Positions 56,691 through 64,000 of a stretch of DNA of 64,000 nucleotides are shown here, piece after piece. A model generated the notes under the pieces. It was given only the letters and a program-made list of their open reading frames with translations. It ran no database searches and had not been told where the DNA came from. Source of the stretch: Cyanidioschyzon merolae (lineage: Eukaryota); assembly GCA_000091205.1 (NCBI GenBank), contig AP006498.2. One strand, given 5' to 3'. Position numbers and translations under genes: made by a program. Position 1 is the first letter of the stretch. Each line of letters starts with the position of its first letter.

Positions 56691-56950
56691 ACCATGTAGG
56701 GTACATGGATACCGACGTGCAGACGCCTCCCGGCGTTTTTGGATAGGCCCCCAGTTATCGATTTCAGTTTCTACGTGTACACTTCAACATCTAGAGGCTG
56801 CCCTACGAATTTAGATCGCGTCAGCTCCTCGGGTCTGTTCTCCAGGATCGCAAATCTCCTGATATGGATTGCGGCGTTGAAGTCTCGGTTCACGAACTCC
56901 ATGCGTTTCTTGCTGCTTCATGAACTCATCAATGCAAGGAGTCCTCGGAC
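56691..56950 (-). ncRNA. Candidate omega-RNA (guide RNA scaffold) region at the 3'/right end of the TnpB/Fanzor-like element (inferred, not demonstrated)
   Basis: This ~250-bp RE-proximal block is the part conserved at nucleotide level in all four copies (56.7, 32.6, 38.8, 63.2 kb) and is retained by the deletion derivatives. It overlaps the 3' end of the nuclease ORF and ends in a terminal hairpin, as expected for TnpB/Fanzor omega RNAs by analogy. Confidence 0.3.
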
Positions 56951-58896
56951 TCGTGCCCTGCGTTCCATTTCCTGTTCTGTCAGCTCTCCGCGGTTTTCGA
57001 TTTCCTCAACACGCCGCTGTATGTTCTCCATCTCGACCTTCTGAAGTGTACACCCCAGTTCGTGGTGCACACACGCGATGTTCGGAACTCACCTATCGGT
57101 TTTGTGATATAACGCTGTGCACACTCCTTGTACGCTCATGTCGTTGGAGCGGGTATGCACCCTTTTATGGACGCCCAGCGCCCTGCTCCGTTGCCAACTA
57201 CGAGCCTGTGACTCTCGACCTCCTTCAAGGCGCTCAACTCATGGAAAATATCGGTGAATGCCCGCTGCTTCCCACAGTATAGATTCATACGCCGACGAGC
57301 CCACCTGGGCTTAATATATTCTTTCCACAGCGCATCCCAATGAGCAGCTTGAGTTTTCATGAATTCCCGAAAAGCTTCAAGGTTCGCTCCACGGCTCGTA
57401 ACCTGGCTGATCGCTTCCAGGTGCTCATTCATTCCTGCATTCCATGCCTCAATGTTCTTCCTTGCATTCATTATTCCCGACTCTCGGTAGTATCTCGCTC
57501 TCGCGAACCGCAAAAGACGCATATCTTTCTGACGTAAGTTACCGTCAATGCCATCTTCCGTACGCTTGGGTACTGCGATGGATACGATTTTCGTCTTTCC
57601 AGGGTCCGCGCTGACGACAGTGTCGTTCTCCTGCACCTCCTGCGTGGCAGGATCCGCCTCTTTGTTTTCTGCATCCTTCGTCACGGGCGAAGCGGAGGAC
57701 GGAACAAGACGATCCGCCTTCAAGCGCCGATAGTACACACACGTTGATACTTCATCGCTTTCGATGATCCCTGTGAATACTTTTTTCTTGCGCATTTTGA
57801 GACGATTGAAGTCGAAGATATTCTTCCAGTATGTCTCCCGGTTTTCACCCATGAACTCCTTCCTGTTTACATCGACCTCTGGACTGATCTCCTTTATGAT
57901 GCCGTAAAAGACTCTGTAGTCGATCGTCACAAAATGCGACTAGGCGTCGCGTGCCGGAACGACATCGAAGCACTCCTCCAGAAGCGCAGCCTTCGGTTTC
58001 AACGACTCGTCATTTTTTCCCACACCCAACTCCATCTCCGCCTTGCGTTCGAATTCTCGATTCAGGAATACGAAATAATGCAGGATGAGGGGATGACATC
58101 TTTTTTCATCTTGTCTCATATCTGATAGCTTATCTGCTGGATTGACCAGCCCAAAAACCGCACGATGCTCTTGAGTAGCCGCACGGATCCGATAAGCTTC
58201 ATTCGTGCTCTCTTTCGACGCCCTCTTCTCGGTGGAATCGATCTCCTGTTCATGATGGCAATCTTTCGTGATGCCATTGAGGATGGCCCGTATCGATTCG
58301 CGAGAAGGATCCGGGCAGAGTGCAAACATGGAGCGCATCATGAGGCGTTTCAGGTTCAAGGTCGAATGGTTCTTCGGGTTCTTGATGTACGTCATCGCCC
58401 CGTGGCCGTAAATATCCGCGCCACCGCCGTATCTAGTGCAGTTGAAGCGGTATTCGACGTAGTTTTCTTGGACGGCGTGCACTCGCTCATTTCTTCTCGA
58501 CGCCTCCCCTGTGCCATGCATCGGGTGACGAGTAAAGGTCTTGTTCGAAAATTCTTCCCGAACCTCGACTCTTCCCATGTGCGTCACGTCGCGACGCATC
58601 TCCTTTTCGAAAGCATCAGCCCTGACGAGTGCGTTATAAGAATACTCAAGGAGTACGACTCGACACGGTTTCTGATAGCCTCTCGCAAATTTCACCTGTA
58701 GGGATGCTAAATTTCGCGTAGAAGACAGGCTTTCACATTTATCTCGTCGTACTGTCGTCTTTCGTGGAGCTTTTGACGTCGGGCCTCCTGCTTCTACTTC
58801 TTGGTCAGCTCCTGTTCCTCTAAACTCGGTTTTGTTTTTCGTTTTCTTTTTCTCGGTAGCCCGCGACTCCTGCCCTCCAGGATCCTCAACTTGCAT
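56771..58896 (-). pseudogene. TnpB/Fanzor-like nuclease ORF interrupted by three in-frame stop codons (TAG 57940-57942, TGA 57136-57138, TGA 56917-56919), no frameshifts
   Basis: Track ORFs 57940-58896 and 57136-57930 and the short terminal ORF (atg at 56901) are all in one frame. The listed M of 57136-57930 is actually GTG (V) in the continuous frame. Stops are consistent with CAG->TAG, CGA/TGG->TGA transitions. Copy A (32563-33090) reads through the position of the last stop. Confidence 0.55.
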
Positions 58897-59772
58897 TCCT
58901 GTAGCTTTACTTATTTATTTTTGAAAACGAACGCATTTCGAATACGTCGGCTGTAAACTAAGATACAGCACTTGAATGCACTAATTTGAGGGTTGGAACA
59001 GAATTCGATTGAAAGACTCTACGATGACGTCAACGCAAACACAACCTATAAGTTAGATCAACCAGCTGATGATTAGGATCGTGTTTCGCTTCGACGGCGA
59101 GTTGCGCGTCATATCTCAATGGTGGCAGATATGGAGGTGCGCGTATCTGCCGCGCTGTAGAAAAAGAGGAACAGGAACGAACCATTAACGAGCTACGGGA
59201 TCACGATCTCTATCCGCCTTCACGGTAAGCGTTGAAAGAGGAAAAGCGTTCCGCATTTTCGAAAGTCTGCTACCTGGGCGTAAAGTCCCGCGAGCCGGAC
59301 GATTCTGCAAGATTTGGGCTTGATTCGCCTCCCAGTGGCGGGTACGATAGTGAGATCTGAGTCGCTCGTCCGAACGCAGCTCATTCTGAGGCTAGAAGTG
59401 GGTAGAATGCGCCTGGGCGTCGCCCTGGTTGCGGTTGTATCCCATCCCATGGGTTCGCACTGCCGTAGGCAGCACGTCTGCTTACACAGATTACAGGACC
59501 CGAAAATGGTTACATACTCGGACTCCGTATGAGGTGAAGCGTGCGTCGAGCCGATGCCTTCAGGGCTGTGGCAAAGCCGTTCTGTCTCCGTGTTGCATCC
59601 GCTCCAGCGGTTTAGGCGCTATTGCAGACGCTTGCGGCAGATGTTCAGCACAAGATCGACCGTATAAGGCGCCCAGTATATCCGAGAAGCAGTATGGGTT
59701 ATGGAACTTGGAGGAAACGCGTGAAATGATGGATGCTTCCGCGCGCGTTGATACCAAGCGCCCAGTCCGGGC

Positions 59773-60756
59773 ATGCTGGCATATGGACACGTTTTGTCGA
59801 CTTTGAAGTCGGACCATACCTGTATAAAATGGACATCATGGATCTCAAGGGCGGCGTCGCCGTTTACTGCGACCGCCTCTTTGCGATCCGTCACCGTTTC
59901 GTTTCCATCTCCGTGCAGAGCAGCACTGTTCGCGAACATGGCAGGGATTGGATCAGGGTTCGTTCCGACGTATACGTTACGTAGCGCTCGTGGCAGTTTC
60001 GGCGAAACAAAGTCTTTATCGCAACCGGCGAGAACCCGGGGACACCAGCGGTTAACTTTCGTGTCGAACGCGCGCCGGCGTTGCCAACTGGTCGCGAGTG
60101 CAGCCGAGGAGCGCCCGGAACGATCTCAAACGCAGAGCGAAATAGACTTTGCGAAACTTCAATTTTCGGAAGGTAATGAGTTGAGTGGTATGGTGTTCAA
60201 ACCGGATGCGGAATTAGCAAAGGCTGGGCCCGATGAGTCCCGTGCGCGACTCGCATACTCGAATGCATGCGAGGAGGCGATTAACAGCCAGATTAACGTG
60301 GAGTTCACCGCCTTTTACGTATACTATGCTTTGCACGCATACTTTGATCGGGATACGGTCGCGCTCCCAGGTTTTGCGGACTATTTCCGAAAGCAAGCGG
60401 AGGAGGAACGCGACCACGCTGTGAAACTCATGCACTATCAAAACAAACGCGGTGGGCGCGTTCACCTGAAGCCGATCGCGGTTCCAGCATTGCACTTCCA
60501 TAACGAGGAGAACTCGGATGCGATTTATGCAATGGAACTTGCGTTGCAACTTGAGAAATACGTGCAAATGAAGCTCATGGAAGTTTGGAAAGTGGCTGAT
60601 CGCGAGCGCGATGCGAATATGACGGATTTTATCGAGGATTTCCTCGACATGCAAGTCGAATCGATCAAAGAGATTTCAGATTATGTTGCTCAGTTGAAAC
60701 GTGTTGGAACTGGTCATGGCGTGTATCACTTTGATCGAGTGCTCGCTGACAAGTGA
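59773..60756 (+). CDS. Ferritin (plant/algal type) with long N-terminal extension (transit + extension peptide?)
   Basis: Ferritin core [59 protein letters not shown]...[53 protein letters not shown] at 59773; alternative ATG (MAGIGSGF) ~54 codons downstream. Stop TGA. Confidence 0.85.
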   Translation: MLAYGHVLSTLKSDHTCIKWTSWISRAASPFTATASLRSVTVSFPSPCRAALFANMAGIGSGFVPTYTLRSARGSFGETKSLSQPARTRGHQRLTFVSNARRRCQLVASAAEERPERSQTQSEIDFAKLQFSEGNELSGMVFKPDAELAKAGPDESRARLAYSNACEEAINSQINVEFTAFYVYYALHAYFDRDTVALPGFADYFRKQAEEERDHAVKLMHYQNKRGGRVHLKPIAVPALHFHNEENSDAIYAMELALQLEKYVQMKLMEVWKVADRERDANMTDFIEDFLDMQVESIKEISDYVAQLKRVGTGHGVYHFDRVLADK

Positions 60757-61886
60757 GGTGTCTGTATGATCGGTACTGAGGGGTACGGTTTCAACGAATT
60801 AAGCATCCGCATGGCGAGAGCTTGCGTTCTTCAGTAACTTGCTGAATTCGCAACACGTGATCCGCATGCAATCTGAGGACATGTTGTTACCGGGTGTGAC
60901 GGTGCTGCTCGTGCTGCTCCCGGTCGCGCTTTTCTTCGGTCGAAACATATCAGCATTGGCGACTGAAACTCGGAGCAGCAGCCGGGCGCAGTAACATGAA
61001 GCGTTGTTCGGCATAACATGCGTGCGAATTCGATTAGAATAGCGAGAAAAATGCTTAAAAAATGAAGGAGTCATTAACGGAGAAGGCCAGGAATGGACAT
61101 TCCCTCGACGCAGACTTTTCAGCGGCAGTTCGCCGTGGTCATGGCGACGTTTGCAAAACCGAACATCTTTGGGTATGGCCGGACGCATTTTCGAGGTTTT
61201 CGTTCTATTGCTCCCGTAGTATCCCGTTGCCCTCGTTCACTGTTTGAGAATGTTTCTATGCGATAGCAGCGCTGGTCGCCAAATAGTTCTCCGATAGCCT
61301 GCACTGATTCATCAAACGCTAAAGTTGCCTGCTGCTCAACAACGAACGCAGATCGAGAGCTGCAAGCGACACCCAGCAAAGTACCGCAAGACCGTGCAGG
61401 TTCTGGGGAGAAGCGGTGGCGGCAGCGGCGCTCCGAGCGTGTGAAGCGTACTCGGCATTCGCAGGGGCTATGGATCTCGCTTCGGTCCCTTCAGATGAGC
61501 TCTGCCTTGGAGGCCTGAAGCACGTCGAAACGCCTACACAAGGAACGAGGTCTCTTTCCTTGTCACCGGGTGCTTTGGCGCATTGGGCAGGCAACAACCT
61601 GGTTAGACTCACCATCATGAAAAAACATCCGTCGTCGCAGATAGTGTCCTCGATGGACGCAGTATCCGTGGGATCTCGGGAGAGACTAGCCTCTGTTCCG
61701 GACTGGAACACGGATCTGGTGCTGATGGCGAAACGTCGCGACATCCGGAGAGGTGCGTTGCCCTCATGGCCAGTTGCGAACAGGAATTATGTATCTGGGG
61801 AACGCTGCGTGGTCCCGGCGATCATCCAAGATACCCATGTCAGACTAGAATGGAACTGACTTTATCAGCGAGCTTGGGAGTGCACG

Positions 61887-62446
61887 ATATAGTTCGGCTC
61901 GGCTTCCGCTGACATGGACAAAGGCGTGTGCGCGCTTCTCCTCTGCCGGCATCGTTTTTCTCTCTGGTACCTCTGCCTGGGAAGATGTCGATCTCGCGTG
62001 CCGCTCGAGCTTCGTTGTCGGCAACTGAAGAATGCTCATGACAGCGTTCAAGTTCCGGTTACGCAGCTTCCGGCGCTTGCAGATGCATATCATGCACACA
62101 CAAAAGCTGCTCCCTACGCTTCGCTTGTCGTTTTGCACCCGCTTTGCATGCGGCCTCGGTGCACATTTCGCGGCAGCGACAGCTTGCTGTGGTCGGATCT
62201 TCGCGTGTGGCCACCAGAGCACCTCCTCAACGCCTTTCTCGATTTTTCAGCACCAGGTGCCGTATCCCAAGACCACGGGCTTCCTCGGGGACGATCACTT
62301 TGGTTCGTACGCTTTCTGCGGCACGCGCAAGTGCACGCTCTTCGATACGATAGAGGGTGTGTAGAACGCGATATTGTCCATGATGAAACGAGGACTCGAA
62401 GGAAAAGCAAGGCTCGAGCAAAACTCGGGAAACTTCGATCCGTGTA
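61887..62446. repeat. 555-bp direct repeat, copy 2 (~99% identical to 53447-54003)
   Basis: See copy 1. Located ~1.1 kb downstream of the ferritin gene and ~0.75 kb before derivative D. Confidence 0.6.
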
Positions 62447-63195
62447 CGCTCCTATTGTGCAAAAACGACGACGCACGCTCCACTGAAAGCGAATGCCTCG
62501 ATGGCTCAAGTCCGAGCCCGAGGCTCGATTTGGTGCAAAGAGAAGGGACGGCCGCCCCTGTGAGCATATCCCGTGAGAGCCATCATGCCGCTGCAGCTGC
62601 AGCTGATGCTGTTGTGGAATGATATTTCGTCTACATCCACAAATACACCAGGGGGAATTGGCTTTTGGAATGAAATCGATCGTTTGACGCGACGAGTTCA
62701 GAGAACATTGGGCATGAACATGTGATCACGCCTTCAAGGGACGACGTCGCGTTGCTCGCCTCTTCGATCCAGTGGCGCATACTGCTACGCCCACGAGTTG
62801 CCTCGAACGAGAAAGCCTGGCGACTTGAACAAACCGCAATTGTGGCACGCTACACACGAAAGACACGGAGAAGCGTGGATACTTGCACATGGGCATTGGG
62901 TGATGATAGTGGGTTAGTTTATGAACCGTTTGTCGAGTGCGTCGCGAGTCCCATTGATTCCATTGATAACGAACTCCAACAGCAGACCGTTGCACGAGTG
63001 ATTCCGAAAAGACGACCGCGAATCCGAAACCTACCTATGAATCTGTCAGCCGTTTTTGATTGACATCAATTTTGAGGCTGTTTTAATTACAAAAAAATTC
63101 AGATTGAAATTGCAAAGAAGATACTGAGCGAGCTGTTTCGGTTTCTGTTTTATTTGAATAGCGAGTCCATAAAACGATAAACATCTCACGACAAT

Positions 63196-63720
63196 GGAAG
63201 GTAAGTATCAACAGCCTCGCGCAGGCGCCTCCCAACCTTTCTTTTACCGTCCCTCTACCATCCGGTTCAGTTTATCCCAGCACGCATCGACTCTGAGGGA
63301 CTGCTCCACAAAGTCGTATCGTCTCAGCTCATCTGGTCTCGTCTTCAGCACCACACATCCCCTGGTATTGATGACGGCATTGAAGCCCCGGCCCATGAAC
63401 GCCATGCGTTCATTGCCTTCGGTGGAACTCACTATTGCAAGGATTCCTCGGCCTCGTGCCCTCAGTGCGATTAGAGTCCCGTCATCGTCTCGTCATGCGA
63501 ACACCTTTTCTCGGATATCTCCCCTCCTTTCTCTTCTTCTTCATCATCATCACTTGCTCTTCTTCGCTCGAAAGTCTGCGACAATAGGATTTTTATCGTT
63601 CGGTTTGCCGCGCACCCCGCGGTTAGAGGCCCTCAGGATCCTCGACTTCCATATCCATACCTTTCCCTAACATTTTCTATTTCTTCAAATGAACGCATTT
63701 CGAATACACCTGCTATAAAC
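63196..63720 (-). mobile_element. Internally deleted (~0.5 kb) derivative D of the TnpB/Fanzor-like element
   Basis: RE block ...gcgcaggcgcctccc and LE block ...ccatatccatacctttccc...gaacgcatttcgaatacacctgctataaac, nearly identical to the full-length LE. Encodes MAFMGRGFNAVINTRGCVVLKTRPDEL (degenerate RuvC-III; ORF 63244-63432). Confidence 0.55.
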
Positions 63721-64000
63721 CGCGAAAAAGTATATGGCGATACGCACCTGGAGATGGAATACAATGCAAGTGAGCGACTGTAGGATCATTGCCATCGGGG
63801 CGTGATGAATGATTGGCATCGCAGGCAAGTGTCTCGGCCACGTGCCGCGCGGCTGTGCAGCCGCTGCTGACAAGTGTTCCGACTACGACAGCGTTTTGTG
63901 TAACCGAGTCTGGGCAAACTGTCTCTAAGTTCACGGAGCCATGTCTTCTTTGCCAAGCCAGGCAGGTTCTGGTGGTTCTGGAGGCGATCCTGGTGAGAGG

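Larger units (their letters stand above)
56691..58958 (-). mobile_element. Full-length (~2.27 kb) TnpB/Fanzor-like (OMEGA-type RuvC nuclease) transposable element
   Basis: Single minus-strand reading frame 58896->56771 (~708 codons). It contains DPG RuvC-I-like VVSADPGKTKIVSIAV, the pre-RuvC-III TnpB-like segment AYKECAQRYITKPIGEFRTSRVCTTELGC, and the RuvC-III motif MEFVNRDFNAAIHIRR (TnpB/Cas12 DxNAAxNIxRRG). No TIRs. Palindromic/hairpin termini: ccatgta-ggg-tacatgg at 56692-56708 and cgaa-cgcat-ttcg at 58928-58940. Termini are shared with three short derivatives. GC content is visibly lower than the flanks. Confidence 0.65.

Noticed and set aside
56899-56930. Apparent frameshift between the TSRVC zinc-finger segment and the RuvC-III segment of the Fanzor-like ORF
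   Set aside because: Re-translation shows tga-agc-agc-aag-aaa-cgc-atg in one frame, so it is an in-frame TGA (third nonsense codon), not a frameshift.
10642-63720. Possibility that the dispersed repeats constitute a CRISPR-like array
   Set aside because: Repeats are 0.5-2.3 kb, irregularly spaced over tens of kb and of several unrelated families. No short regularly spaced direct repeats exist in the window.

Overview
GC-rich, apparently intron-poor eukaryotic nuclear DNA (protist/alga-like). Long proteins are encoded as single uninterrupted ORFs on both strands, and TGA/TAA are used as stops.

Caveat on the ORF track: it translates alternative starts (TTG/GTG) as M, so many listed starts are not real ATGs. 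Where I could check, I give the first in-frame ATG in the evidence field.

Recognisable housekeeping genes in the window:
- bacterial-type (organellar) leucyl-tRNA synthetase
- PYROXD1-like FAD oxidoreductase
- rhomboid protease
- GINS Psf3
- thiamine-phosphate synthase ThiE
- P1B-type copper ATPase
- CTP synthase
- NSDHL/ERG26-type sterol dehydrogenase
- class-II trehalose-phosphate synthase/phosphatase
- profilin
- DEAD-box helicase
- S18-type mitoribosomal protein
- GET3/ArsA ATPase
- plant-type ferritin

Most notable non-gene content is a dispersed element family whose members are all in minus orientation:
- one ~2.27-kb copy (56691-58958) encoding a ~700-codon TnpB/Fanzor-like protein (DPG RuvC-I-like motif, TSRVC zinc-finger remnant, DFNAAIHIRR RuvC-III motif), interrupted only by three in-frame stop codons;
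- three ~0.5-kb internally deleted, MITE-like derivatives (32.6, 38.8, 63.2 kb) that retain both termini and the conserved 3' (RE-proximal) ~250 bp where a guide RNA (omega RNA) scaffold would be expected.

Other repeats:
- two copies of a ~2-2.4-kb degenerate element with IS630/Tc1-like DDE motifs (10.6-12.7 kb and 18.2-20.6 kb);
- a 99%-identical 555-bp direct repeat pair (53.4 and 61.9 kb);
- a further diverged repeat pair (22.6 and 41.2 kb);
- several microsatellites, two of them in frame within genes.

No rRNA, tRNA or CRISPR array could be supported by eye.
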